IMG/VR virus record: IMGVR_UViG_3300021135_000003
DNA: 64,000 nt
Reading direction: 5' to 3' (one strand)
DNA from: a virus
Below the pieces are notes generated by a model. That model was not told where the DNA came from. It saw only the letters and a list, made by a program, of their open reading frames with translations, and searched no databases. Each line of letters opens with the position of its first letter. Position 1 is the first letter of the stretch. The position numbers were made by a program, and so were the translations under genes. Shown one piece after another: positions 47,320 through 56,799 of this stretch.

Positions 47320-47335
47320 TAAATAAATTATGTAA

Positions 47336-47359
47336 GGTGGGGAGGTTTTTCTCCCCATC
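47336..47359 (+). terminator. Hairpin after the structural gene
   Basis: GGTGGGGAG-GTTTTT-CTCCCCATC. Confidence 0.55.
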
Positions 47360-47380
47360 ACTCTTTGAAGGTATTATGGT

Positions 47381-47758
47381 GTGAATGAAAAGTTAAATGA
47401 ATCGAATTTTCTACTTTATGCGATGCATCATTATGATAACACTCAGTGTTATAGTTTAGCAGAGTTCGAAGATGATTTAAAAAAGTTTTTATATCTTAAG
47501 AAACTAATATCTCGATATAAAAACAATGGCGATTTAAAAGAAAGACTAATACTCAATCATATAATCGTTCTTTATAATCTATTCGGTGAAGCTACTACTA
47601 AGATGTTATTTTATAAAGTAGATGAAGAGTGCTGGGATATTCTAACAACATTCCTAGTATATCTTGATAGGATGCCAGAATCTTTACCTGATTTTGGCAT
47701 AGTGTTATCGGAAGTTGTATTAGATGAGAAAGTTATCTCAATACTAAGGAAGATCTAA
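47381..47758 (+). CDS. Conserved T4-like hypothetical protein
   Basis: NF.LYAM.HY…EF.DDLK.F.Y.K.L…LKERLILNHII.LYN.FG. Confidence 0.75.
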   Translation: MNEKLNESNFLLYAMHHYDNTQCYSLAEFEDDLKKFLYLKKLISRYKNNGDLKERLILNHIIVLYNLFGEATTKMLFYKVDEECWDILTTFLVYLDRMPESLPDFGIVLSEVVLDEKVISILRKI

Positions 47759-48300
47759 TGAGTAGCCGTATTATAGACAATCTGTTAGCATATAAAGTTT
47801 TACGTATGTTAGTAACAAACTTTGTTGATACCGATGCATTTAAACTCGGTATCATTGACGCACACGGTAATACATTAATTAAAACTAGCCAATTCAAAAC
47901 TGATGCTCAACGTAATGCATATAATTATCTAACACGTTTAGTTTTTAATCTTAAAAAATTAATTAATAAATTTGGCGGAGAAAGTAGACTAAAAAGTTTT
48001 GCTGCTGCTCTTTGGTTAATTAAAGAAAACTATCAAAGCGGTTCAAGAACTACTTCTCAGTTAGAAGAGAAATTTAAAAAACTAATGGAAACTGAAATCC
48101 ATTTAGTTGAAGAGGAAATTTTAGTTGGTAGATTCCTTAAAGAAGATGGTGATGGTGGCGCTGTAGTTGGTGGACCACCAGCCAATAATACATCTGGTCC
48201 AGTGGCAACGCAAGAGCCAAAGATTTATCCTAATAGTAAGAAGAAACCTATATTTGGATTAGCAAGACGTTCAGCACTGGCAGTTAAAGAGATTAAATAA
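47758..48300 (+). CDS. Conserved T4-like hypothetical (head-associated) protein
   Basis: DAFKLGIID..G…RLVFNLKKL…AAAL.LIKE. Confidence 0.7.
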   Translation: MSSRIIDNLLAYKVLRMLVTNFVDTDAFKLGIIDAHGNTLIKTSQFKTDAQRNAYNYLTRLVFNLKKLINKFGGESRLKSFAAALWLIKENYQSGSRTTSQLEEKFKKLMETEIHLVEEEILVGRFLKEDGDGGAVVGGPPANNTSGPVATQEPKIYPNSKKKPIFGLARRSALAVKEIK

Positions 48301-48301
48301 A

Positions 48302-48745
48302 ATGTGGATTTTGTCATTTGTTCCTGATGCTTGGCTTCAGTTTGCTGTTTATTGTATATTGATTAGTGGTGTTGGTATGTATGTGGTAAGTTTCTTTTTG
48401 AACTTTATACCACCTGCATTACCATATAAAGAACCAATTAGAATTATGGGAACTTTACTAGCAATTGCTGGTATTTGGTTCCATGGTGGTGCTGCTGCTG
48501 ATGCAGAATGGCGAGCGAAAGCTGCAGATTTACAAAATAAGATTGCAGTAAGCGAAGCCCAATCTAAAGACAACAATGTAAGAATTAAAACTGTTTATGT
48601 TGATCGTGTTAAAGTAGTTAAAGAAACACAAGTAGTAATACAAGAAAAAATTAAAGAAATTGAGAAACATATTGATTCTCAATGTACTGTTGATACTCAG
48701 GTTATTAATATCCTCAATGATTCCGCAAAGAGGAAAGTGAAATGA
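48302..48745 (+). CDS. Rz-like inner-membrane spanin
   Basis: N-terminal TM helices, periplasmic coiled coil with a late Cys; overlaps the lipoprotein gene. Confidence 0.6.
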   Translation: MWILSFVPDAWLQFAVYCILISGVGMYVVSFFLNFIPPALPYKEPIRIMGTLLAIAGIWFHGGAAADAEWRAKAADLQNKIAVSEAQSKDNNVRIKTVYVDRVKVVKETQVVIQEKIKEIEKHIDSQCTVDTQVINILNDSAKRKVK

Positions 48746-49002
48746 AACTATTATTAATTGTTCCTGTATTATTATTGGCTGGCTGTTTAGCAACACCTGT
48801 GCAGAGAAGTTTTCCCGAGGTTCCTGAAGAACTAAAGGTGGCTTGTCCAGATTTGAATTTACTTGAACCGACAACTAAACTTAGTGAAGTTGTTTCGGTT
48901 GTGACTAAGAACTATGGTCAATATCAAGAATGTCAAATTAAAGTTGACGCTTGGATTGAATGGTATAAAACACAAAAAGAAATCTTTGAATCGGTAAAGT
49001 AA
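48742..49002 (+). CDS. Rz1-like outer-membrane lipoprotein spanin
   Basis: Lipobox LLAGC, Pro-rich segment, NY.QY.EC. Confidence 0.68.
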   Translation: MKLLLIVPVLLLAGCLATPVQRSFPEVPEELKVACPDLNLLEPTTKLSEVVSVVTKNYGQYQECQIKVDAWIEWYKTQKEIFESVK

Positions 49003-49003
49003 A

Positions 49004-49330
49004 ATGGATCTACCACAAGAGAGAATAGCAAAATTGGAAGCTCAAGTCGAAGGCATTAAAGATGATGTCGCAGCCGTAAAACAAGACATCAAAGAATTGC
49101 ATTCTCGCATTACCACAGGTAATCGCGAGATTACTGATCACATTGATCGCAAGATTGACGATCTAGCAAAGTCTGATGAAGACCAACATACTGCAATGGG
49201 TAAAAAAATTGATGCAATGAAAGATCGTATAGATTTACTTGAACGCTGGAAATGGATGATCGTTGGTGGTGCAATTGCAGTTGGTTATCTATTATCCCAT
49301 ATTAATATTTTGGATAAAATATTCAAATAA
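49004..49330 (+). CDS. Coiled-coil protein with C-terminal TM helix (XhlA/holin-like)
   Basis: Heptad repeats, then LERWKWMIVGGAIAVGYL. Confidence 0.55.
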   Translation: MDLPQERIAKLEAQVEGIKDDVAAVKQDIKELHSRITTGNREITDHIDRKIDDLAKSDEDQHTAMGKKIDAMKDRIDLLERWKWMIVGGAIAVGYLLSHINILDKIFK

Positions 49331-49333
49331 AGT

Positions 49334-49362
49334 TTGCTTTGCAAGAGCATATGGGGTATAAT
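49334..49362 (+). promoter_or_regulatory. Sigma70-type promoter for primase
   Basis: TTGCTT-N17-TATAAT. Confidence 0.6.
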
Positions 49363-49370
49363 TACTCTAT

Positions 49371-50402
49371 ATGCTCTATATTGATAACAAATACGCACAA
49401 ATCCTTGGCACTCGTCTAAGGAACTTCAAACAAAAGAAAGACTACCTCTGGAATTACAGTTGTCCAGTGTGTGGAGATTCTTCGAAGAACAAACTCAAGG
49501 CTCGTGGTTATATTTACCGTGGTGAGCAAGAGTTATTTGTTAAGTGTCACAACTGCGGTTATGGTACTAACCTTGGTAATCTAATTAAGTATGTGGATGC
49601 GAAACTTTATGATGAATATGTTTTGGAACGCTACAAAGCTGGCGCATCAAAACACCATGATCACAAAGACGTTAAACAAACAAGCGTCATCTTAGAAACT
49701 CCCAAAGAAGAATTACTTGAGGATGATATTCTCTCAAGTTTATCACGATTAGATAAACTACCATTGAATCATCCAGCAGTTGAGTATTTAATTAATAGAA
49801 AGATTCCAAAAGATAAATGGAGTCTACTATATTTTGCTCCAAAGTTTAAAGCGTTTACTAATTCAGTAACTGCTAAATTCCAAGAGCCAATTAAGGATGA
49901 ACATCCTAGAATGATTATACCTTTCTTTACACCAGCAGGTAAATGTTTTGCTTTTCAAGGCAGAGCATATGGTAAAGAAGAACCTAAGTATTATACCATT
50001 AAAGTTGATGAAACACAGGAGAAGATTTATGGACTTGACAGGATTGACTACTCTAAAAGAATATATGTTGTTGAGGGACCAATTGATTCGTTATTCCTTC
50101 CAAATGCAATTGCTGTATCAGGAGCAAGTTTTGATACCCCTACTATTCGGCAGCTATTGGCTAATGCAACGATAGTAATGGACAATGAACCAAGAAGCAA
50201 AGAGATAACTAAGTTTCTTGAAAAAAATATTGAAGCAGGTTATTCTGTTTGTATGTTCCCTGAGCATATTGAACAGAAAGATATTAATGATATGATTTTA
50301 CATGGTAATATGACAGCCGATGAGATTATAGATACGATAAATACAAATACCTTCAAAGGAATGGAAGCAAAATTGAAATTTAGTACATGGAAGAAAATAT
50401 GA
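49371..50402 (+). CDS. gp61: DNA primase gp61
   Basis: CPVCGDS…KARG…CHNC zinc domain; VEGPIDSLF, DNEPR and KDIND TOPRIM motifs. Confidence 0.95.
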   Translation: MLYIDNKYAQILGTRLRNFKQKKDYLWNYSCPVCGDSSKNKLKARGYIYRGEQELFVKCHNCGYGTNLGNLIKYVDAKLYDEYVLERYKAGASKHHDHKDVKQTSVILETPKEELLEDDILSSLSRLDKLPLNHPAVEYLINRKIPKDKWSLLYFAPKFKAFTNSVTAKFQEPIKDEHPRMIIPFFTPAGKCFAFQGRAYGKEEPKYYTIKVDETQEKIYGLDRIDYSKRIYVVEGPIDSLFLPNAIAVSGASFDTPTIRQLLANATIVMDNEPRSKEITKFLEKNIEAGYSVCMFPEHIEQKDINDMILHGNMTADEIIDTINTNTFKGMEAKLKFSTWKKI

Positions 50403-50554
50403 AAGTTAAGATGGTAAGTTATAGTCAAGCTGCCGATGAATATGAATTCGATGGTTTGACTAATGTACAGGATTTAATTGCGTTCTGTGCACGTGTTAGT
50501 AATCCAAGCAATCAGTTCAACACAGAGACTAATAAAAATTGGGGCGAAGTATGA
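50399..50554 (+). pseudogene. thyX: Truncated ThyX (flavin-dependent thymidylate synthase) N-terminal fragment
   Basis: MKVKMVSYSQ…DLIAFCARVSNPSNQFNTET is a ThyX N-terminus; the frame ends 7 codons later without H.SP.E or RHR motifs. Confidence 0.8.
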
Positions 50555-52350
50555 CAGATATTGTGCATGGCATAAAGGTAGACTATTCTCGTGATGAATT
50601 GTTTGATGAGTTAGGTAAGTTAAGATTAAAAGAAAGTTATATGAAGGATGATGAAGTAAGCCCACAAGAGAGGTTTGCTTTTGTTTCAAATAAATTTGGG
50701 AGTAACCCTGAACATGCGCAACGACTATATGAATACAGCAGCAAGCATTGGCTATCTTATTCTACTCCCATTCTCAGTTTTGGTCGTAGTAAACGTGGCA
50801 TGCCTATATCATGTTTCCTTAATTATATCGAAGATACTGCAGAGGGTTTAGTTGATAATCTTAGCGAAACTAATTGGCTATCTATGCTTGGGGGTGGTGT
50901 GGGCATTGGCTTTGGTATTCGTAGCGCAGACGATAAATCTACTGGTGTCATGCCTCACCTCAAAATGTATGACGCAAGTTCTTTGGCATATCGTCAAGGT
51001 CGTACTCGCAGGGGTAGTTATGCTGCTTACTTGTCTATTGATCATCCAGATATCATAAACTTTCTTGAGATGCGCAAGCCGACAGGCGATCAAAACATGC
51101 GCACTCTTAATATGCATCATGGTATTAATATCCCTGATGCGTTTATGCAGATTATTGAAAACTGTATGCTAGATCCAGATGCAGATGATAAATGGAATTT
51201 GATTGACCCAGCGTCAAACGAAATCCGTGAAACTGTTTATGCCAAAGAACTCTGGCAACGCATTCTAGAAATGCGTATGATGACTGGTGAACCATATCTA
51301 CATTTTATTGATGAATCAAATCGTAAAATGCCTCAGTGGTTAAAAGATAAAGGTTTACAGATTAATCAATCTAATCTCTGTTCAGAGATTATTCTTCCAA
51401 CAGATGTTAAACGAACAGCAGTTTGTTGTTTATCTTCTTTAAACCTTGAACACTATGATGCTTGGAAAGATGATAAACTATTTTTGAAAGACGTTGCTGA
51501 GATGCTTGACAATGTTCTTCAATTCTTTATTGATAACGCACCAAAGACTATTAAACGTGCTATCTATTCAGCCAAACAAGAACGTAGTATTGGTATTGGT
51601 GCTTTGGGTTGGCATGCATATCTTCAACGCAATAATTTGCCATGGGAATCACCAATGGCGATCGGCAGAAATAAACAAATCTTTGCTAATATCAGAGGAC
51701 AACTAGATGAAGCGAACAAACAATTGGGATTGGAACGTGGTGAAGCACCTGATGCAGTGGGTACTGGGAATAGGTTTAGTCATCTTATGGCTATTGCTCC
51801 CAATGCTTCTTCTTCCATTCTCATGGGGAATACTTCTCCTTCTATTGAACCTTATCGTGCCAATGCTTATCGCCAAGACACTTTATCGGGTTCTCACCTA
51901 AACAAGAACAGGTGGCTTGATGAAATTATCCAAAAAGAAGCAGTCAATCATAAAGAAGGTTGGGCAGACGAAGTGTGGTCTAGCATCATTGCGAATGATG
52001 GTTCAGTTCAGCACCTCGATTGGATGGACGAGTGGACAAAAGATGTTTTCAAAACTTCTATGGAAATCGACCAGCGTTGGGTCGTCCAACATGCAGCAGA
52101 CAGGCAAGTATATATAGACCAAGCGCAGTCATTAAATGTTTTCTTTAGACCTGATAGCAATATCAAATACATTCACGCTGTGCATTTCCAAGCATGGAAA
52201 CAAGGTTTGAAAACTATGTACTACTGCCGTAGTGATAAGATTGCTAAAGCAGATAAAGTATCTAAGCGTATCGAACGTGAAGTGATTAAAGAAATCGATT
52301 TACACGCATTAACAGGAGATGCTGACGCTTGTCTAGCGTGTGAGGGATAA
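50551..52350 (+). CDS. nrdA: Ribonucleotide reductase class I alpha subunit (short, no ATP cone)
   Basis: PISCFL, GGGVG, GEPY, SNLCSEI, AIAPNASSS, DQAQS.N, KTMYY, C-terminal CLACEG. Confidence 0.95.
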   Translation: MTDIVHGIKVDYSRDELFDELGKLRLKESYMKDDEVSPQERFAFVSNKFGSNPEHAQRLYEYSSKHWLSYSTPILSFGRSKRGMPISCFLNYIEDTAEGLVDNLSETNWLSMLGGGVGIGFGIRSADDKSTGVMPHLKMYDASSLAYRQGRTRRGSYAAYLSIDHPDIINFLEMRKPTGDQNMRTLNMHHGINIPDAFMQIIENCMLDPDADDKWNLIDPASNEIRETVYAKELWQRILEMRMMTGEPYLHFIDESNRKMPQWLKDKGLQINQSNLCSEIILPTDVKRTAVCCLSSLNLEHYDAWKDDKLFLKDVAEMLDNVLQFFIDNAPKTIKRAIYSAKQERSIGIGALGWHAYLQRNNLPWESPMAIGRNKQIFANIRGQLDEANKQLGLERGEAPDAVGTGNRFSHLMAIAPNASSSILMGNTSPSIEPYRANAYRQDTLSGSHLNKNRWLDEIIQKEAVNHKEGWADEVWSSIIANDGSVQHLDWMDEWTKDVFKTSMEIDQRWVVQHAADRQVYIDQAQSLNVFFRPDSNIKYIHAVHFQAWKQGLKTMYYCRSDKIAKADKVSKRIEREVIKEIDLHALTGDADACLACEG

Positions 52351-53015
52351 TGATACCAGCAACTATAATTGACGACTTCTTTGAGACACCAACATTGGTT
52401 AGAGATTATGCTTTATCTTTAGATTATAAAAATACAGGAATATTCCCAGGCACTAGGACTGACAATTTAAAAGATATAAATCAAAATCTGTATAATCATC
52501 TAACTTCAAAAATTGTATCAGTATTTTTTGATCTTTCAAAAGATAAACTTAATTGGGAGTTTGATATTAGGTTTCAGTTGGCTCCAGAAAAATATAAAGA
52601 AGGGTGGGCTCATACTGACGGTGATGTTGCTAATTTTGCTGGAGTAGTTTATCTCAATCCAACTGCACCATTGAATGGTGGAACTTCTTTATGTTATCCA
52701 TCAGTTCCAAGTAATTGGAGAGATGAGAATCATACAGTAAAGACTATTTCGTTTAGAGATAAACTATATTCTGGTGATATAGATAATGCTGATGATAAAA
52801 GAGTTGAACATAATAGTCAATTTTATACTACGTTAGAAGTACAAAATATTTTCAATAGGGCATTTATATATGACGGTAATAAGTGGCATAAAGAAAATAA
52901 ATTATTTGGAGAAGGTAATGAATCTAGATTGACATTGGTTTTCTTTGCCAATATAATCACTTTTGGATCAACCAAATCTCCATTAGAAAAATGGAAAACA
53001 ATTTCGGGATATTGA
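52350..53015 (+). CDS. 2OG-Fe(II) oxygenase (DUF6445-like)
   Basis: IIDDFF..P..VR.YAL…FPG.R; HTD…AGVVYL…GT…NR…H…RLT.VFF. Confidence 0.78.
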   Translation: MIPATIIDDFFETPTLVRDYALSLDYKNTGIFPGTRTDNLKDINQNLYNHLTSKIVSVFFDLSKDKLNWEFDIRFQLAPEKYKEGWAHTDGDVANFAGVVYLNPTAPLNGGTSLCYPSVPSNWRDENHTVKTISFRDKLYSGDIDNADDKRVEHNSQFYTTLEVQNIFNRAFIYDGNKWHKENKLFGEGNESRLTLVFFANIITFGSTKSPLEKWKTISGY

Positions 53016-53016
53016 T

Positions 53017-53547
53017 ATGTTGAATATTGGTGACGTTTATGAGATAGATACATTTCTTACTGAATCTGAAAGAGAAATCGTTGATAATGAATTTGAGAAT
53101 CCTAGTTGGGAATTGAAGGGTGGTGAACTTGCATTAAGATCTCATGGAATTCCAATTAAATCTTTTCTGTATAAAGAATTACAAGGAACTAAAATTGAAG
53201 ATCTATTCAAATCTAAAGTTGAAGGTATTTTAAACACTAAAATAAAAACATCAAGGATTTATGGAAATGGTCAAGCCCATGGACAATGTGGTTTCTTACA
53301 CTATGATGATAATGATGCAAACTCCCTTTCTGGAAGTTTAGTTTATTATGTTCATAAACAATGGCCACCATTCTTTGGTGGACATCTTATTTTTACTGAA
53401 AACGATACTGTTGTAAAGTCAGTATTCCCATATCCAAATTCCGCAGTTCTTTTTAATTCTGCTATGCAACACTGCCCATTGGAACCAACAATCTACTGTT
53501 TAGACATGAGAATAAGTATAGCATATAAATTTAAGGTAATAGAATGA
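53017..53547 (+). CDS. 2OG-Fe(II) oxygenase
   Basis: RIY.NGQ..GQ.G.LHYD…W…GG…P.PN…F…H…RISIA.K. Confidence 0.8.
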   Translation: MLNIGDVYEIDTFLTESEREIVDNEFENPSWELKGGELALRSHGIPIKSFLYKELQGTKIEDLFKSKVEGILNTKIKTSRIYGNGQAHGQCGFLHYDDNDANSLSGSLVYYVHKQWPPFFGGHLIFTENDTVVKSVFPYPNSAVLFNSAMQHCPLEPTIYCLDMRISIAYKFKVIE

Positions 53548-54536
53548 TCACAAAAACAAAAAATAATTTAACAGACCAGCGAACATATTTTAAACCATTC
53601 AATTATCCATGGGCATATGATGCTTGGTTGAAACACGAACAGGCTCACTGGCTTCATTCTGAAGTTCCAATGGCTGAAGACGTAAAAGACTGGAAAAAGA
53701 AATTAACAAATGAAGAAAAACAATTCCTCACGAACATCTTCCGATTCTTTACTCAAGGAGACATTGATGTTGCTGGGGGTTATGTTAACAATTACTTACC
53801 GTATTTCCCGCAGCCAGAAATACGTATGATGCTCATGGGTTTTGCTGCTCGTGAAGCATTACACATTGCTGCTTATAGCCACCTTATTGAAACATTAGGT
53901 ATGCCTGAATCAACTTATAATGAATTTCTTGAATATCAAGAAATGAGGGATAAACACGAATATGTTACCGAACTCAGTTCGAAAAATGGTACTCTTGCGT
54001 CAACTGCAACGCACATCGCAGTATTCTCTGCTTTTACAGAAGGTATGCAGCTTTTTAGTTCTTTTATTATGCTCCTTAATTTTCCTCGTCATGGTATTAT
54101 GAAAGGGATGGGGCAAATTGTTACTTGGTCTATTGTTGATGAAACGATGCACTCTGAGAATATGATTCGTTTGTTTAAAGAATTTATTAAAGAAAATAAT
54201 GAAATTTGGAACGATGAACTGAAGGGTAAGATCTATACCATTGCTGAGCGAATGGTGGAGTTAGAAGATAAATTTATTGACCTTTGCTATGCTAATGGTG
54301 ATATGCGCGATTTATCTGCAGCTGATGTTAAACAGTATATTCGTTATATCGCAGATCGTCGTCTTATCTCATTGGGTATGAAAGGTATTTACAAAGTTAA
54401 AAAGAACCCATTACCATGGGTTGAGGAAATGATTAATGCACCAGTGCATGGAAACTTCTTTGAGAATCGTGTAACTGACTATGCTAAAGGTGCGCTGTCT
54501 GGGTCTTGGAATGACGTATGGGGCAAAGCAGCATGA
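53544..54536 (+). CDS. nrdB: Ribonucleotide reductase class I beta subunit
   Basis: FFTQGD, REALH..AY (radical Tyr), TEGMQLFSSF, DETMH, NFFE. Confidence 0.95.
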   Translation: MITKTKNNLTDQRTYFKPFNYPWAYDAWLKHEQAHWLHSEVPMAEDVKDWKKKLTNEEKQFLTNIFRFFTQGDIDVAGGYVNNYLPYFPQPEIRMMLMGFAAREALHIAAYSHLIETLGMPESTYNEFLEYQEMRDKHEYVTELSSKNGTLASTATHIAVFSAFTEGMQLFSSFIMLLNFPRHGIMKGMGQIVTWSIVDETMHSENMIRLFKEFIKENNEIWNDELKGKIYTIAERMVELEDKFIDLCYANGDMRDLSAADVKQYIRYIADRRLISLGMKGIYKVKKNPLPWVEEMINAPVHGNFFENRVTDYAKGALSGSWNDVWGKAA

Positions 54537-54682
54537 TAGTAAAACAATTTCAATGTCCGTCTTGTGCGGCAGAAGGAAAAATTACAGTAAAGGGCGATGA
54601 CTTTAATTTTGAAGATATTGTTTATTGCCCTTTATGTTCAGCTGATATTTACGAAGAAGAGGAACTAGAAAAAGATGAGTAA
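54533..54682 (+). CDS. 49-aa zinc-ribbon protein with acidic tail (not in ORF track)
   Basis: CPSC…YCPLC…EEEELEKDE; coupled to nrdB. Confidence 0.65.
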   Translation: MIVKQFQCPSCAAEGKITVKGDDFNFEDIVYCPLCSADIYEEEELEKDE

Positions 54683-55160
54683 CATTAAATTTGTGAGTAA
54701 TGTTCTTTCGCCATCTCTATTAGAAATTATAAAAGATTTTTCTAGAACTGGAGAAGTCCGACATAGTTATATGAGTTGGGGTTCAGATATTATTAAGGAT
54801 AGTAATCCAGTATTAGTCAAAGACCTAAACGATCAAATAACATCTAGAATATCACAAGAGATAAAACAATACCTACCAGAATATAATAGCATTGGTTGTA
54901 TGTGGTATGGTTGGATAAGAGGTAGCTACATCCCATGGCATGGTGATAGTCATGTTAAGTTTGGGGCAACAATCTATCTAAACGAATATTGGGATGATGA
55001 CTGGGGTGGTTACTTTGCCTATAAAGATAATAATGAGATCAAGTGCATAAAACCAGAATACAATAAGATGGTTTTTATTGAACCTCCAATCCAACATACA
55101 GTTTTTAATACCTCTTCAGTAGCTCCAATCAGAGAAACTATACAAATATTTGGTAGATAA
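54675..55160 (+). CDS. 2OG-Fe(II) oxygenase (prolyl-hydroxylase-like)
   Basis: WHGD…TIYLN..W…WGG…P.YN…H.V…RETIQ.F. Confidence 0.82.
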   Translation: MSNIKFVSNVLSPSLLEIIKDFSRTGEVRHSYMSWGSDIIKDSNPVLVKDLNDQITSRISQEIKQYLPEYNSIGCMWYGWIRGSYIPWHGDSHVKFGATIYLNEYWDDDWGGYFAYKDNNEIKCIKPEYNKMVFIEPPIQHTVFNTSSVAPIRETIQIFGR

Positions 55161-55171
55161 ATATATGTCCT

Positions 55172-55597
55172 ATGTGGACATTTAATAATCAAATCATTGA
55201 AGATTTACCAGAAGATTGTGTTGGCTTTGTTTATTTAATTACGAACAAAGCCACAAGTCGCATGTATATCGGTAAGAAGTTAGCGAAGTTTTCTAAGACA
55301 ACCTATAAGATGGTTACTCAGAAAAATGGTATAAAAAAGAAAAAAAAGATTCGTGGCAAGATTGATAGCGACTGGAGAGAATATTATGGTTCTAGTATTG
55401 AACTAAATAAAGATGTTGAGTCTCTCGGTAAAGAAAACTTTATACGTGAGATTTTATTTTTGTGTAAATCTAAAGCAGAATGTTCTTATATAGAAGCAAG
55501 GGAACAGTTCGGGAGGAAAGTATTAGAATCAGACGACTACTATAATGGACAGATATCTGTTCGAGTCCATGGTTCTCATATTAAAAACAAATTATGA
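55172..55597 (+). CDS. GIY-YIG endonuclease (endonuclease II/DenA-like)
   Basis: GFVYLITN…MYIGKK…W..YYGSS…E…YYN. Confidence 0.8.
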   Translation: MWTFNNQIIEDLPEDCVGFVYLITNKATSRMYIGKKLAKFSKTTYKMVTQKNGIKKKKKIRGKIDSDWREYYGSSIELNKDVESLGKENFIREILFLCKSKAECSYIEAREQFGRKVLESDDYYNGQISVRVHGSHIKNKL

Positions 55598-56727
55598 CAT
55601 ATCTACTATTCGGAACAGCATTAGCATTATCTGCTTGCGCTGCTTACTATTCTATTATGGGGTTAGTTGCGATTTTCGCAGCTTCAGCCATACCAATTTT
55701 CATTATGGGTTCGCTACTTGAATCATCAAAATTAGTTGTTGCTTCATGGCTATACCGTAATTGGAAAGAAGTTCCAGTATTATTAAAATATTACTTTACT
55801 GTAGCTTTAGTAATTTTAATGCTACTAACGTCAATGGGTATTTTTGGTTATCTATCAAAAGCCCATTTAGATCAAGCAATACCATCTGGAGATGTGCAAG
55901 CAAAACTTTCATTAATAGATGAAAAAATTAAAACCGAAAAGGAGAATATAAATGCAAGCCGTAAAGAACTTTCTCAACTCGATGCTCAAGTTGATCAAAC
56001 CATCTCAAGAACCACAGAAGCCAGTGGAGCAGAGCGTGCCATTTCCATTAGACGAGGACAGCAAAAAGACCGTAACAGAATCCTCAACGAAATCGGTCAA
56101 GCGCAAACCAAAATCGCCAAATACAACGAAGAGCGTGCGCCAATCGCCAGCGAAGTCCGCAAAGTCGAAGCCGAAGTCGGTCCAATAAAATATATTGCAG
56201 CATTATTATATGGTGATAATCCAGAAAATGATGTATTAGAAAAAGCAGTTCGCTGGGTTATTATAATGATTGTTTCAGTATTTGATCCACTAGCAGTTTT
56301 ATTATTAATTGCTGCTAACTGGCAACAGAAACGTAATAGAGAAGAAGTTGAACCAATTCAACAAGAAGTTTTTATTGATCAGGGCGAACTACCAGATCCT
56401 CCACCAGAATCACCATCAATTGAAGTTACTTTAGAAGATAATTTACATGCTTCTGATAATGCTCAGTTATCAATAAAAGGCGATGAGCATATTGTTGAGA
56501 AAAATATCAGCAATTATGAATCAGCTGAAATAACTGACGAAGAACTTAATATTACAGTTGATGAAAGTAAAGATTGGGAACCTAATCTATACAATCGTCT
56601 TGAAAAACGTGATGATTCACTACCTCAAAAAACCCAATCATTTCTAAATAAAGCCAAAGAAGTTTTCTCAACTATTGGTGTAAAAACCATAGAAAAGGAA
56701 GTAGAAGACTTGCAAAATAAGAAATAG
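55594..56727 (+). CDS. Membrane protein with periplasmic coiled coil and acidic tail
   Basis: Three N-terminal TMs (TSMGIFGYLSKAH), coiled coil, EVGPIKYIA, TM with FDPLAV. Confidence 0.7.
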   Translation: MTYLLFGTALALSACAAYYSIMGLVAIFAASAIPIFIMGSLLESSKLVVASWLYRNWKEVPVLLKYYFTVALVILMLLTSMGIFGYLSKAHLDQAIPSGDVQAKLSLIDEKIKTEKENINASRKELSQLDAQVDQTISRTTEASGAERAISIRRGQQKDRNRILNEIGQAQTKIAKYNEERAPIASEVRKVEAEVGPIKYIAALLYGDNPENDVLEKAVRWVIIMIVSVFDPLAVLLLIAANWQQKRNREEVEPIQQEVFIDQGELPDPPPESPSIEVTLEDNLHASDNAQLSIKGDEHIVEKNISNYESAEITDEELNITVDESKDWEPNLYNRLEKRDDSLPQKTQSFLNKAKEVFSTIGVKTIEKEVEDLQNKK

Positions 56728-56799
56728 CCATTCCTAAATAGTCCTATAATAAGAGGGTAAAAGATTAAACCCCAACCATAATAACTATATGGATAAAGT

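Noticed and set aside
48302-49330. Novel membrane system
   Set aside because: Adequately explained as an ordinary Rz/Rz1-like spanin pair plus a small TM protein.
10141-49362. MotA-box middle promoters (TTGCTT at 10141 and 49334)
   Set aside because: The hexamer lies exactly 17 nt from TATAAT, the sigma70 -35 position rather than MotA spacing; no motA or asiA is seen in the window.
24343-54536. Introns or inteins in gp43, gp41, uvsX, nrdA or nrdB
   Set aside because: All are uninterrupted and of normal or short length, with no intein or homing-endonuclease insertions.
55172-55597. Mobile Seg-type homing endonuclease
   Set aside because: Too short and lacks the C-terminal DNA-binding modules; fits a stand-alone endonuclease II-like protein better.
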